Assembly (NCBI GenBank): GCA_963835625.1
Contig: CAWIGO010000012.1
Span: forward strand, 28,895 to 92,894
Direction of reading: 5' to 3'
Length of the DNA stretch: 64,000 nucleotides
DNA from: an uncultured Verrucomicrobiae bacterium
GTDB lineage: Bacteria > Verrucomicrobiota > Verrucomicrobiia > Limisphaerales > UBA11358
Under the pieces are notes generated by a model. The model had not been told where the DNA came from and searched no databases. It was given only the letters and a program-made list of their open reading frames with translations. The number at the start of each line of letters is the position of its first letter. The stretch's first letter is position 1. The position numbers were made by a program, and so were the translations under genes. This document shows, one piece after another, positions 8,614 through 17,633 of the stretch.

Positions 8614-9057
8614 ATGACACCACGCTGGATACATATAGCTTTCGGGCTTGTTTGGCTTTTCACGGCATTGAGTTTTGGATTTCTCGCCCAAGACGCATAC
8701 AAAGCTGAATCAACCAGTCTGCTAAAGATTGGTGGACAGGTTCCAGAACATTTAATCGCATTCAACGATTTAGATATTGGAAAGGCGTTCAACATCATTT
8801 TAATGGTAAACAACAAGAATGTGAGATTGTTGGAAGCTTCCATACGGCAGTCAGCGACTCTTAATTTCCGACTTAATTTGCTTTCGTTTTTCATGGCCAT
8901 TATTGGACTTGCGGCGCAGACAGGTCAGTATTTGCACGAGCAGCGCAAGCACACCAGGCGGAAGAGCTATGCAGCCCACCATAAGAGCAGCAGTGGGGTG
9001 CTTGATACGAAGCTCCAAGAGGGAGATACAAAGCATGACAATCCCAATGCCGCCTAA
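8614..9057 (+). CDS. Cassette ORF: hypothetical membrane protein (C-terminal part doubtful)
   Basis: ORF 8587..9057 trimmed to the ATG at 8614, 3 nt after R'. It has a TM helix at the N-terminus. The tail overlaps a plausible convergent minus-strand ORF (8851..9036). Confidence 0.4.
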   Translation: MTPRWIHIAFGLVWLFTALSFGFLAQDAYKAESTSLLKIGGQVPEHLIAFNDLDIGKAFNIILMVNNKNVRLLEASIRQSATLNFRLNLLSFFMAIIGLAAQTGQYLHEQRKHTRRKSYAAHHKSSSGVLDTKLQEGDTKHDNPNAA

Positions 9058-9094
9058 CACCTAGACAGGCCGCAAATTTCTCATCCCCGACAAA

Positions 9095-9415
9095 ATGAAA
9101 CCCGCCACAACATTCGCCGTTGTTCTGGTCACCGCGCCTGATTTGAAAATTGCCCGGGCGCTCGCGCGTGCGGCGCTGCAAGCGCGCCTGATTGCGTGTG
9201 CGAATCTGGTTACCAAAATCGAGTCGCATTATTGGTGGCATGGAAAAATTGAATCCAGCAGGGAGATTTTACTGGTTTTGAAAACGCAGAAATCAAAACT
9301 CGCTGCATTGGAGAAGCTGATTCTCGCCAAACATCCCTACGACACGCCGGAGTTTATCGTGTTGCCGTTGAGTTCCGGCAACAAAAAATATCTCGATTGG
9401 CTGGCGCAAATTTAG
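9095..9415 (+). CDS. cutA: Divalent-cation tolerance protein CutA
   Basis: 106 aa. VVLVTAPD...ACANL...SHYWWHGKIE...HPYDTPE is the classic CutA1 pattern. Confidence 0.9.
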   Translation: MKPATTFAVVLVTAPDLKIARALARAALQARLIACANLVTKIESHYWWHGKIESSREILLVLKTQKSKLAALEKLILAKHPYDTPEFIVLPLSSGNKKYLDWLAQI

Positions 9416-9437
9416 GTGGGGTCGTCTCAAAAGTATC

Positions 9438-9512
9438 GGAGGGGCGAGTTACACGAGCCCCTGACTCAATCGAATACCTTTTAAAATGGGGGCTCGTGTA
9501 ACTCGCCCCTCC
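9438..9512. repeat. Long perfect inverted repeat (24-bp stem)
   Basis: GGAGGGGCGAGTTACACGAGCCCC (9438-9461) is the exact reverse complement of 9489-9512, with a 27-nt loop. It lies between the convergent cutA and rplQ genes. Confidence 0.7.
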
Positions 9513-9534
9513 GACGAGAAATTGTTTTGAAACA

Positions 9535-9559
9535 AAAAGCCCGCTCTCATCGAGCGGGC
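9535..9559 (-). terminator. Rho-independent terminator after rplQ
   Basis: Minus strand reads GCCCGCTC-GATGA-GAGCGGGC followed by TTTTT, about 20 nt downstream of the rplQ stop. Confidence 0.7.
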
Positions 9560-9579
9560 TGTGCAAAATTTCAGCCAAT

Positions 9580-10098
9580 TTACTTCTTCCCGGCTTTGGC
9601 TTCTGCGGGCTTTTTCTCCGCCGGTTTGGCTTCTGCGGGTTTCGTTTCTTCGGCGGGTTCGGCTTCGGTTGGAGCCGGAACCTCGAACGCGTAATCCACC
9701 CACTCCAAAATGGCGCGTTGCGCGGCGTCGCCCTGGCGCTGTTCCATCCTGATGATGCGCGTGTAACCGCCGTTGCGTTCCTTGAACGCGGGCGCGATTT
9801 CCGCAAAAAGAATGCGCACAACGTCTTCCTCATCGCGCCACTTGCGGCGCTCGTCCTTGGTAAGCTGGACCGTTGAGCCGCGCGTGCGCAAACGCGCGGC
9901 GACGAGGCGGCGCGCCTGAATCGTATTACGCTTGCCGAGCGTGACCATTTTTTCCGCAACGGGACGCACGGCTTTCGCCTTCGCGAGCGTCGTGGTCACG
10001 CGCTTGTGTTTGATGAGGCTGCAAACGAGATTCGCCAGCATCGCATTGCGATGCTCGGATGTCCGGCCCAGTTTGGCCGTTCGCTTCAAATGTCGCAT
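9580..10098 (-). CDS. rplQ: 50S ribosomal protein L17 with Ala/Lys/Pro/Glu-rich C-terminal tail
   Basis: MRHLKRTAKLGRTSEHRNAML is the canonical L17 start. It carries a roughly 45 aa AEAKPAEKK-type extension. Confidence 0.95.
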   Translation of the reverse strand: MRHLKRTAKLGRTSEHRNAMLANLVCSLIKHKRVTTTLAKAKAVRPVAEKMVTLGKRNTIQARRLVAARLRTRGSTVQLTKDERRKWRDEEDVVRILFAEIAPAFKERNGGYTRIIRMEQRQGDAAQRAILEWVDYAFEVPAPTEAEPAEETKPAEAKPAEKKPAEAKAGKK

Positions 10099-10106
10099 AA
10101 ACCGCC

Positions 10107-11144
10107 TTAATTATTCTCCGGATTTTCAACCGGCGCCGGCGCTTCCAGCAGACCCGGTTCGAAGTTCATGCCCAAATGCATCTCGACTTCGTTTTGTTTG
10201 CCAAGCTGATCAAGCTTGTCCTTGATTTCGTTGAGCGACTTTTTGCCGAAGTTGCGATACTTGAGCATTTCCTGCTCGGTCTTCATCGCAAGCTGGCCGA
10301 CGGTGGTAATGTTCGCATTGTTCAGGCAGTTTGCCGCGCGGACACTCAACTCGATTTCGTTGACGCTCATATTGAGGAGCTTCTTGATCTTCGATTTCTC
10401 CTCGTCCTGCTTGTCGGCTGCCTCCTCGAATTCAATCGCGTTCTTGTCGTAACCAACGAACACATCGAGGTGATGCTGCAAAATCGCCGAAGCCTGCGTG
10501 AGCGCGTCATCGGGGGAAAGGCGTCCATCCGTCCAGATTTCCAAAATCAGGCGGTCGTAATCCGTGCGGTTGCCGACGCGCGCGGCTTCGACGGAATAAC
10601 GCACACGCGTGACCGGCGAAAACAACGAGTCAATCGCAATGACGCCAATGGGCTGGCCCGGCTTTTTGTTTTCGTCGCCCGGACAAAAACCGCGGCCAAT
10701 CTTGAGTTCCAACTCCATCTCGAATTTTTTCTTTTTGTCGAGCGTGCAAATGATCTGGTCGGGATTGACCAATTCAACATTTTGATTGAGCTGGATGTCG
10801 GCAGCGGTCACCGGACCTTCCTTGTTCACCGACAGCAAAAGCATTTGCGGATCGCGTGTGTGCGCTTTGAATTTGATTTTTTTCAAATTCAATACGATGT
10901 CGGTCACGTCCTCGACCACCCCGTCAATGGTGGTGAACTCGTGCATCGCACCATCCACCTTCACCGAAGTGATGGCCGCGCCTTCCAGCGACGACAACAA
11001 CACGCGGCGCAGCGAGTTGCCGATGGTGTGACTGTAACCGGTTTCAAACGGGTCGGCGATGAATTTCGCGTAGGTGGCGGTGGCGGTTGCTTCGTCTTTT
11101 TGCAACCGTTTGGGCATTTCGAAACGTCCAAGTCTGACTGGCAT
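10107..11144 (-). CDS. rpoA: DNA-directed RNA polymerase subunit alpha
   Basis: 345 aa with GNSLRRVLLSS, a dimerisation domain and a C-terminal alpha-CTD (VRAANCLNNANITTVGQL). Confidence 0.97.
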   Translation of the reverse strand: MPVRLGRFEMPKRLQKDEATATATYAKFIADPFETGYSHTIGNSLRRVLLSSLEGAAITSVKVDGAMHEFTTIDGVVEDVTDIVLNLKKIKFKAHTRDPQMLLLSVNKEGPVTAADIQLNQNVELVNPDQIICTLDKKKKFEMELELKIGRGFCPGDENKKPGQPIGVIAIDSLFSPVTRVRYSVEAARVGNRTDYDRLILEIWTDGRLSPDDALTQASAILQHHLDVFVGYDKNAIEFEEAADKQDEEKSKIKKLLNMSVNEIELSVRAANCLNNANITTVGQLAMKTEQEMLKYRNFGKKSLNEIKDKLDQLGKQNEVEMHLGMNFEPGLLEAPAPVENPENN

Positions 11145-11235
11145 ATTTTCCTTTCAACAATTTTAATCTGGCTTTCCCGGCGGTTTATTCCCGCAGGCCG
11201 GTCAAGCCCGTATAATTGTTTTTGTTTTTACTTTT

Positions 11236-11844
11236 TTAACGGGAATAAAATTCCACAACGGCCTGTTCGTTGGCAATCGGCTGAATTTCGTCACGCGTCG
11301 GAATCCGCATGACCGTGCCTTTGAATCCCTCTTTGTTCAGCGACAGCCAATCCGGCACAGCGCGGCTCATGGCGATTTCCAGATTCTTCGTGGCCAATTG
11401 ACGCGACACGTTTGAATTTTTCACTTCAATCACGTCGTTCACCTTGAGGCTGTATGACGGAATGTTCACCTTGCGACCATTGACCACGATATGGCCGTGC
11501 GAGGTCATCTGACGCGCGGCAGCCCGGGTGTTCGCAAACCCGAGGTGATAAACCACATTGTCGAGGCGCGTCTCCAAAATTTGCAGCATCTGTTCGCCAG
11601 TAACGCCACGGCGCTTGAGCGCCTTTTCATAAACACCGCGAAATTGGCGTTCCATCAGGCCGTAGTAGTAACGGAGCTTTTGCTTTTCAATCAGGCCGAG
11701 GCCGTAATCGGTGTGCTTGTGGCGCGACTTCGGGCCGTGAACGCCCGGACCGTAGTTGCGGCGCTCAAGGTATTTCGTCGGGCCGAAAATCGGAATGCCG
11801 AACCGGCGACTGATGCGAACGCGAGGACCTGTGTAACGAGCCAT
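11236..11844 (-). CDS. rpsD: 30S ribosomal protein S4
   Basis: MARYTGPRVRISRRFG... is the canonical S4 sequence. Confidence 0.95.
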   Translation of the reverse strand: MARYTGPRVRISRRFGIPIFGPTKYLERRNYGPGVHGPKSRHKHTDYGLGLIEKQKLRYYYGLMERQFRGVYEKALKRRGVTGEQMLQILETRLDNVVYHLGFANTRAAARQMTSHGHIVVNGRKVNIPSYSLKVNDVIEVKNSNVSRQLATKNLEIAMSRAVPDWLSLNKEGFKGTVMRIPTRDEIQPIANEQAVVEFYSR

Positions 11845-11880
11845 TGCTAAAGTTGATGGTTGAGGGTTGAGGGTTGAAAG

Positions 11881-12510
11881 TTATACGCGTCGTTTCTTGC
11901 GCGGACGGCAGCCATTGTGCGGAACAGGTGTCACGTCCTTGATGGTCGTGATTTCCAAACCGATGGCCTGGAGCGCGCGAATGGCGGATTCACGACCGGA
12001 GCCGGGGCCTTTGACGCGAATTTCCACTTCCTTCATGCCGTGAGACATTGCCTGGCGTGCGGCATCCTGTGCAACCTGCTGCGCGGCGTAAGCCGTGCTC
12101 TTGCGCGAGCCTTTGAACCCGACACGACCGGCACTCGACCAACCGATGATGTTGCCGTGCATATCTGTGATGCTGACCAGGGTGTTGTTGAACGTCGCCA
12201 GAATGTTTGCAAGGCCGGACACAATGTTCTTGGCGTGCTTGGCCTTAATGATCTTTTTTGCGCCGGCGTCCTCGCCCAAAAGCTCGGCCGCAGTCGGCGC
12301 CACCGGAATGACTTGCGCATCCGCCGGCTTGGGCGCCTCGATGGCAGGAGCTTCCGCAGCAGGCATGGTCTTCTTCGCGGGCTTTTTTTCAGCGGACTTG
12401 GGCGCGGCTTTTTCGGCCGGTTTGGACGCAGCCTTTTCGACCGGCCCGGCGGCGGCTTCCGGTTTGGTTTCCTTCTTCTTGGGAGCGGGTTTCTTTTTTT
12501 CTTCAGCCAT
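11881..12510 (-). CDS. rpsK: 30S ribosomal protein S11 with about 85 aa Lys/Ala/Pro-rich N-terminal extension
   Basis: The S11 core ([18 protein letters not shown]...[13 protein letters not shown]) is preceded by a low-complexity [13 protein letters not shown]... region. Confidence 0.9.
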   Translation of the reverse strand: MAEEKKKPAPKKKETKPEAAAGPVEKAASKPAEKAAPKSAEKKPAKKTMPAAEAPAIEAPKPADAQVIPVAPTAAELLGEDAGAKKIIKAKHAKNIVSGLANILATFNNTLVSITDMHGNIIGWSSAGRVGFKGSRKSTAYAAQQVAQDAARQAMSHGMKEVEIRVKGPGSGRESAIRALQAIGLEITTIKDVTPVPHNGCRPRKKRRV

Positions 12511-12518
12511 ACAAAATC

Positions 12519-12914
12519 TTAGTGGATGCCGGTCTTGGCATTGGGATTACGCTGCACGCCGACGGTCTTGCGCGGACCTTTGCGTGTGCGGGCGTTGGTC
12601 TGCGTGCGCTGGCCGCGCACGGGCAATCCGCGCATGTGCCGGATGCCGCGATAGCATTTGATGCCTTGCAGGCGTTTGAGGTTCATGCCGATTTCACGGC
12701 GCAAATCGCCTTCGATGATGTATTTGCCTTCCTGAATCGCGTGGACGATTTTGGAAAGCTGCTGCTCGGTCAAATCCTTCGCGCGAATGCCGGGTTCAAT
12801 GTTTGCGCGCTCCAAAATCTCCTTCGAGTTGGATGGACCAATGCCGTAAATGTAGCGCAGCGCAATGTCTATGCGTTTGTTCGGCGGAACTTCCACTCCA
12901 ATGATGCGTGCCAT
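12519..12914 (-). CDS. rpsM: 30S ribosomal protein S13
   Basis: [26 protein letters not shown] is canonical S13. Confidence 0.95.
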   Translation of the reverse strand: MARIIGVEVPPNKRIDIALRYIYGIGPSNSKEILERANIEPGIRAKDLTEQQLSKIVHAIQEGKYIIEGDLRREIGMNLKRLQGIKCYRGIRHMRGLPVRGQRTQTNARTRKGPRKTVGVQRNPNAKTGIH

Positions 12915-12922
12915 AAATCAAA

Positions 12923-13036
12923 TCAACCCTGCCGTTGCTTGTGTCGTTTGTTCGTGCAAATCACACGAATGACGCCACGACGGCGCACAATCTTGCAGTG
13001 CTCACACAATTTTTTCACTGATGCGCGAACTTTCAT
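12923..13036 (-). CDS. rpmJ: 50S ribosomal protein L36
   Basis: Not in the ORF track because it is below 60 aa. Manual minus-strand translation gives [37 protein letters not shown] followed by a stop. Confidence 0.9.
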   Translation of the reverse strand: MKVRASVKKLCEHCKIVRRRGVIRVICTNKRHKQRQG

Positions 13037-13038
13037 GT

Positions 13039-13263
13039 TTAAATCGTTTTTGTTTCAACCAAAATCCGCCCCACAGACAAATCGTAAGGTGTCAATTGTA
13101 ATTTCACTTTGTCGCCCGGCGTGAAGCCGGCAAAGCGCTGTTTCGCCCTGCCCGCCACAAACGCCAGAAGCCGGTGTCCGTTGGCCAATTCCACGCGATA
13201 CGTGTGGTTTGGCCGCGCCTCAATCACGACACCTTCAACGGTGAAGGCATCTTTTCCGGCCAT
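13039..13263 (-). CDS. infA: Translation initiation factor IF-1
   Basis: 74 aa S1-like fold. ...YRVELANGH...[18 protein letters not shown] aligns with IF-1. Confidence 0.93.
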   Translation of the reverse strand: MAGKDAFTVEGVVIEARPNHTYRVELANGHRLLAFVAGRAKQRFAGFTPGDKVKLQLTPYDLSVGRILVETKTI

Positions 13264-14000
13264 GTCAAAATCTCCGGTTCGCTTTCGGTGACCAGCACCG
13301 TCTGCTCAAAATGAGCGGACAGTGAACCATCTTGCGTGACGACTGTCCAGCCGTCTTTCAAAATTTTTACGCCCGGTTGACCCGCGTTGACCATCGGCTC
13401 AATCGCCAGGGTCATGCCCGGCTGGAGCTTCTGATTGCTCTTCGGATCAACAAAATTCGGCACCTGCGGCTCTTCGTGCATTGAACGACCGACGCCGTGC
13501 CCGACAAATTCCCGCACGACGCTGAACCCGTTGCCTTCGACGTAATTTTGAACCGCGCGCGAAATGTCCGTCACGCGATTTCCCGGCAACGCCGCCGCGA
13601 TGCCTTCATAAAGCGCGCGCTCCGTCACGTCCATCAACCGTTGCGCCAGCACGCCGCAACCGCCGACGGCCACCGTCCGCGCCGTGTCGCCCACAAAGCC
13701 CTTGTAAATCACGCCCACGTCCAGGCTCACAATATCGCCAAAGCACAATTCGCGGTTGCCGGCCAATCCGTGAACGACTTCCTCGTTCACCGAGATGCAC
13801 GTGTGGCACGGATATTTGCGATAGCCCAAAAACGCGCTCTTCGCACCGTGCGATTTTATGCGCGCCGCGGCGAACTCATCCACCTGCCGCGTCGTCACGC
13901 CGGGCTTGATGAACGCAGCGATTTCATCCAGCACCCTGCCCGCCACCGCACACGCCGGACGCATCAGTGCCAGATCGTGTTCGCTTTTCAAAATAATCAT
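13224..14000 (-). CDS. map: Type I methionine aminopeptidase
   Basis: 258 aa with metal-ligand context (GDIVSLDVG, HGVGRSMHE, MTLAIEP). Its 3' end overlaps infA by 40 nt. Confidence 0.93.
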   Translation of the reverse strand: MIILKSEHDLALMRPACAVAGRVLDEIAAFIKPGVTTRQVDEFAAARIKSHGAKSAFLGYRKYPCHTCISVNEEVVHGLAGNRELCFGDIVSLDVGVIYKGFVGDTARTVAVGGCGVLAQRLMDVTERALYEGIAAALPGNRVTDISRAVQNYVEGNGFSVVREFVGHGVGRSMHEEPQVPNFVDPKSNQKLQPGMTLAIEPMVNAGQPGVKILKDGWTVVTQDGSLSAHFEQTVLVTESEPEILTWPEKMPSPLKVS

Positions 14001-14072
14001 TTTCCAAATCTTGATCGCAATCTCAATCCCGCTCTTAATCTCTCTGGACTACGATTAAGACTAGGAATGGGA

Positions 14073-15470
14073 TTAAAACCGTCCGTGCAACCGGCCTTTC
14101 TTCAGGAAGCCGTCGTAGTGGCGCATCATCAAATGCGATTCGACCTGGCGCATCGTATCGAGCAAAACGCCAACGGTGATCAAAAGGCTTGTGCCGCCGA
14201 AGAAATTGGACACAGCGGGCGGGATGCTCATTTCCTTGGACAAAATAATCGGGATTGTCGCAATGATCATAAGAAAAATCGCCCCCGCCAATGTGATGCG
14301 GCTCATGGACTTGTGCAGATAGTCGCTCGTGCCCTGCCCCGGACGCACGCCGGGAATGTAACCGCCGTTCTTTTTCAAATCGTCGGCGATTTGCAATTCA
14401 TTGAACTGCGTCGCCACCCAAAAATAAGCGAAGAACAAAATCATCAGCGCATAAATCGTTATGTAAAGCGTCGAACCGTAGCCGAGCATTTGCATCAGCC
14501 CCTGGAAAAAATCCTGCAAAAACGGCACCTTCATATAATCCGCCATATCCCTTAGCTTGGAACAAATGGGCTGCGGAAACATCAGAATGGATTGGGCAAA
14601 AATAATCGGCATGACGCCGGAGTAATTGACACGCAACGGCATGAACGACGTGCCGCCGGAATAAAGCTTGCGCCCCACGGCGCGCTGCGCGTATTGGACG
14701 GGAATTTTCCGCTGCGCCTGCGTCACGGCAATGACGCCGCCAATCACCAAAGCCAGCAGGAGCACCAGCATCACCCCCGTGCCCATGAAGTGATAATTCG
14801 ATTCAACCCCCTTGGCAGGGAAAAACATGTCATGCAACGCCGTAAAAGCATTTGGCAGCCGCGCCACAATGCCGATGGTAATGATCAGCGAGACACCGTT
14901 GCCGATGCCACGCTCCGTGATTTGCTCGCCCAACCACACCAGCAACATCGCGCCAGTGGTCATAATGAGCACCGTTTGAATGCGATACCAAATGTGATTG
15001 TTAGTCAGCACGAGTTTGCCCTGGAATCCGTGGAAAACAGTCTCGGGATTTTCCCAGTTGCCGGCAAAATACAATCCCTGCCCGAGACACAACAGCACTG
15101 TCAGATACCGGCCGTATTTAATGATCTGCGCCCGGCCACCCTCTTCACGCGCCAGTTTGCTCAACCGGGGGATGACTGCCGTCATCAATTGAATGATGAT
15201 CGTCGCACTGATGTAAGGCATGATGCCCAGCGCGCCAATGGCGCAATTCCCATACGCGCCACCGGCGAACGTGTTATACATGCCCAGCAACCCGCCGCCC
15301 TGGGAATTTTCGTTGAAAAACTTGCTCAGCGCCGCTCCGTCCAAACCCGGAATGACGATGAAAGCCATCAAACGGCAAACCGCCAGCATGAACAGCGTGA
15401 ACAGAATCCGGGACTTCAGCTCCGGTATTTTGAAGCAATTGGTAAAGGTGTTGGCGATGGAGCGGAACAT
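14073..15470 (-). CDS. secY: Preprotein translocase subunit SecY
   Basis: 465 aa, 10-TM pattern, conserved GIMPYISA and SLIITIGIV segments, at the spc-operon position. Confidence 0.95.
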   Translation of the reverse strand: MFRSIANTFTNCFKIPELKSRILFTLFMLAVCRLMAFIVIPGLDGAALSKFFNENSQGGGLLGMYNTFAGGAYGNCAIGALGIMPYISATIIIQLMTAVIPRLSKLAREEGGRAQIIKYGRYLTVLLCLGQGLYFAGNWENPETVFHGFQGKLVLTNNHIWYRIQTVLIMTTGAMLLVWLGEQITERGIGNGVSLIITIGIVARLPNAFTALHDMFFPAKGVESNYHFMGTGVMLVLLLALVIGGVIAVTQAQRKIPVQYAQRAVGRKLYSGGTSFMPLRVNYSGVMPIIFAQSILMFPQPICSKLRDMADYMKVPFLQDFFQGLMQMLGYGSTLYITIYALMILFFAYFWVATQFNELQIADDLKKNGGYIPGVRPGQGTSDYLHKSMSRITLAGAIFLMIIATIPIILSKEMSIPPAVSNFFGGTSLLITVGVLLDTMRQVESHLMMRHYDGFLKKGRLHGRF

Positions 15471-15486
15471 GTGTCAAACGAGGCGC

Positions 15487-15960
15487 TCAGGCCTTGGCCG
15501 GTGCGGCGGGCTTGCGGCCGACAACTTCGCACACGCCGCCTTTGGCCTCAATCTTCGTGCGGGCCGACGCACTGAACGCGTGCGCGCTCACCGTGAGTTT
15601 TTTGGACAACTCGCCGTCGCCGAGAATTTTGATTCCGTCAGCGCGGCCATTGGCCAGACCCACGGCGCGCAATGCCGTTTCGTCCACGCGCGCACCGTTG
15701 TCGAATTGATCCAACTCGCCGACATTCACCGCGACGAACCGCGTTGCAAACCGCGCGTTGTTGAAACCGCGCTTGGGAATGCGGCGGATGAGCGGCATCT
15801 GGCCGCCTTCAAAACCGATGCGAATCGAACTGCCGGAACGCGCTGTCTGGCCTTTGCCGCCGCGACCGCTCGTTTTGCCGTGACCGCTGGATTCGCCCTG
15901 GCCGAGCCGCTTGGTGCGATGTTTCGCACCCGGACGAGGTTTAAGATTGTGCAGTCGCAT
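15487..15960 (-). CDS. rplO: 50S ribosomal protein L15
   Basis: ORF trimmed to the ATG at 15960 (MRLHNLKP...GHGKTSGRGGKGQ). The track's start at 15969 is a TTG. Confidence 0.9.
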   Translation of the reverse strand: MRLHNLKPRPGAKHRTKRLGQGESSGHGKTSGRGGKGQTARSGSSIRIGFEGGQMPLIRRIPKRGFNNARFATRFVAVNVGELDQFDNGARVDETALRAVGLANGRADGIKILGDGELSKKLTVSAHAFSASARTKIEAKGGVCEVVGRKPAAPAKA

Positions 15961-15965
15961 AAAAA

Positions 15966-16592
15966 TCAAGCCGTTGCCGGAGCCGCTTCAGGCGCTTTTG
16001 GCGTTTCCACTTTTCTGATTTCCAAACCGCGGCCCTTGTAAATGTCTTCCCGCAATCGGAGGCTCAACAGCGCCTTGAGCGTGGCTTTGACGACGTTGGC
16101 CGCGTTTTTCGAGCCGAGTGATTTGCTCAAAACATCCTTGATACCGGCGGCTTCCAAAACTGCGCGAACCGCCCGGCCCGCGATAATTCCAGTTCCCGGC
16201 GAGGCGGGACGCAATAAAACCCTCCCGCCGCCATATGCGGAGAAAACCTCGTGAGGAATCGTTACGTCTTTGAGCGCGACGGAAACCATTTGATTGCGGG
16301 CGAGTTCGCCACCGCGACGAATCGCATCAGCCACTTCGCCGGCCTTGCCGAGCCCAACACCGACGCGGCCCCGCTTGTCGCCGACGACGATGAGCGCGCT
16401 GAAATTGAAACGGCGTCCGCCTTTGACAACCTTTGAGGAGCGATTGATGAACACGACCTTCTCGGTCAGTTCATGGGAATCCTGCCCATCGAATCCGAGT
16501 TCGGGTATTTCGGAAATAGGTTTGTTGCGACGCCCGCGTCCGCCGCGCGGCATTCGCTGCCCTCCGCCTTCAGTTTTGGTGATGTCTGCCAC
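15966..16592 (-). CDS. rpsE: 30S ribosomal protein S5
   Basis: Core sequence [18 protein letters not shown]...GTGIIAG with an N-terminal Gly/Arg-rich extension and a GTG start. No rpmD (L30) follows. Confidence 0.92.
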   Translation of the reverse strand: MADITKTEGGGQRMPRGGRGRRNKPISEIPELGFDGQDSHELTEKVVFINRSSKVVKGGRRFNFSALIVVGDKRGRVGVGLGKAGEVADAIRRGGELARNQMVSVALKDVTIPHEVFSAYGGGRVLLRPASPGTGIIAGRAVRAVLEAAGIKDVLSKSLGSKNAANVVKATLKALLSLRLREDIYKGRGLEIRKVETPKAPEAAPATA

Positions 16593-16613
16593 AGTTTCTA
16601 TCTCCGTTATGTG

Positions 16614-17024
16614 TTAGAATTTCAAACCCGCCTCGCGCGCAGCCCCGGCCAGCGCCGCCAGCTTGCCGAGCACCGTCACCGGCTTGCCATCCTTGCCCTT
16701 GCCGACGCTCCGGTGATAGCGGGCGCCGCCGCGATCAAAAACCACAGCCTTGATGCCCTTGGCGAGCGCGGCTTCCGCCGCCAGCTTGCCGATAATTCTG
16801 GCACTGGCCACATTGGCCGCGAGCTTGTCGCGATCCGGCGCGTTTTTGCTTAGCGACGATGCCGCGGCAAGCGTCCTGCCCGCCGTGTCATCAATGAACT
16901 GAACGTGGATGTTTTTGTTCGTAAAGCAAACGCTCATCCGCGGCCGGTCTTTCGTGCCGCAGACCTTGCTGCGCACGCGCCAGTGGCGGAGCTGCTTCTG
17001 CCGGTGTTTTTTTTCCGTTCTCAT
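16614..17024 (-). CDS. rplR: 50S ribosomal protein L18
   Basis: RHWRVRSKV.GT..RPRMSV..TNKNIHVQFIDD pattern, at the spc-operon position. Confidence 0.92.
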   Translation of the reverse strand: MRTEKKHRQKQLRHWRVRSKVCGTKDRPRMSVCFTNKNIHVQFIDDTAGRTLAAASSLSKNAPDRDKLAANVASARIIGKLAAEAALAKGIKAVVFDRGGARYHRSVGKGKDGKPVTVLGKLAALAGAAREAGLKF

Positions 17025-17073
17025 CTCAATGCGTCACCCCGACATCGGATGTCGGGATGAACTAAAATTCACT

Positions 17074-17610
17074 TTACTGGACGGTCTTGCCTTCCTTGCG
17101 CTGGACATGTTCGCCCACATAGCGCACGCCCTTGCCCTTGTATGGTTCAGGCGGATAGAAGCTGCGAATCTCGGCGGCGACTTCGCCCACCACCTGTTTG
17201 TCCGGGCCTTCGATGGTCAGCTTGGTGTTTTCCTCGACGGTCACTTTGATTTGCTCGGGAATCTGGTAATTGATCGGATGTGAATAGCCGAGGTTCAGGT
17301 TCACGCTCTTGCCCTGAACGGCGGCTTTGAAGCCGACGCCCTGGATCTCGAGCTTTTTGACAAAACCTTCGGCCACACCCTTGACCATGTTGTTGACGAG
17401 CGCGCGGCTCAGGCCATGCAACGCCTTGGCCTGCGCGTCATCGCCCTCGCGGCTCACGACAATTTTGCCGTCCTGCACCTTGAGGCTGGTGCGGCGCGGC
17501 AATTCCCAGTCGAGCTTGCCCTTCGGGCCTTCGACAAAAACTTTCTGCCCCTTCACTTCCACCTTCACTGTTGGAGGAATGGCAATCGGTTGTTTTCCAA
17601 TTCGCGACAT
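17074..17610 (-). CDS. rplF: 50S ribosomal protein L6
   Basis: Start set at the ATG at 17610 (MSRIGKQPIAIP...). The track's start at 17622 is a TTG. Confidence 0.93.
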   Translation of the reverse strand: MSRIGKQPIAIPPTVKVEVKGQKVFVEGPKGKLDWELPRRTSLKVQDGKIVVSREGDDAQAKALHGLSRALVNNMVKGVAEGFVKKLEIQGVGFKAAVQGKSVNLNLGYSHPINYQIPEQIKVTVEENTKLTIEGPDKQVVGEVAAEIRSFYPPEPYKGKGVRYVGEHVQRKEGKTVQ

Positions 17611-17633
17611 GATTGTGTTCAATTGTTAAATCG

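Larger units (their letters stand above)
7117..9058 (+). mobile_element. Integron-type gene cassette cluster 1 (no integrase; CALIN-like)
   Basis: Four same-strand ORFs are separated by three attC-like elements. The cluster is bounded by GTTAGGT (7117-7123) and GCCTAAC (9052-9058) and is AT-richer than its flanks. Confidence 0.65.

Noticed and set aside
8574-8900. Minus-strand ORFs ending in ...PNVQSSGT (8574..8900, 53990..54223, 55599..55871) and plus-strand ORFs starting with ...VPELWTLG.
   Set aside because: The shared peptide comes from translating the conserved attC 3' arm (GCCTGAGCTCTGGACGTTAGG). It is a repeat artefact rather than a protein family.
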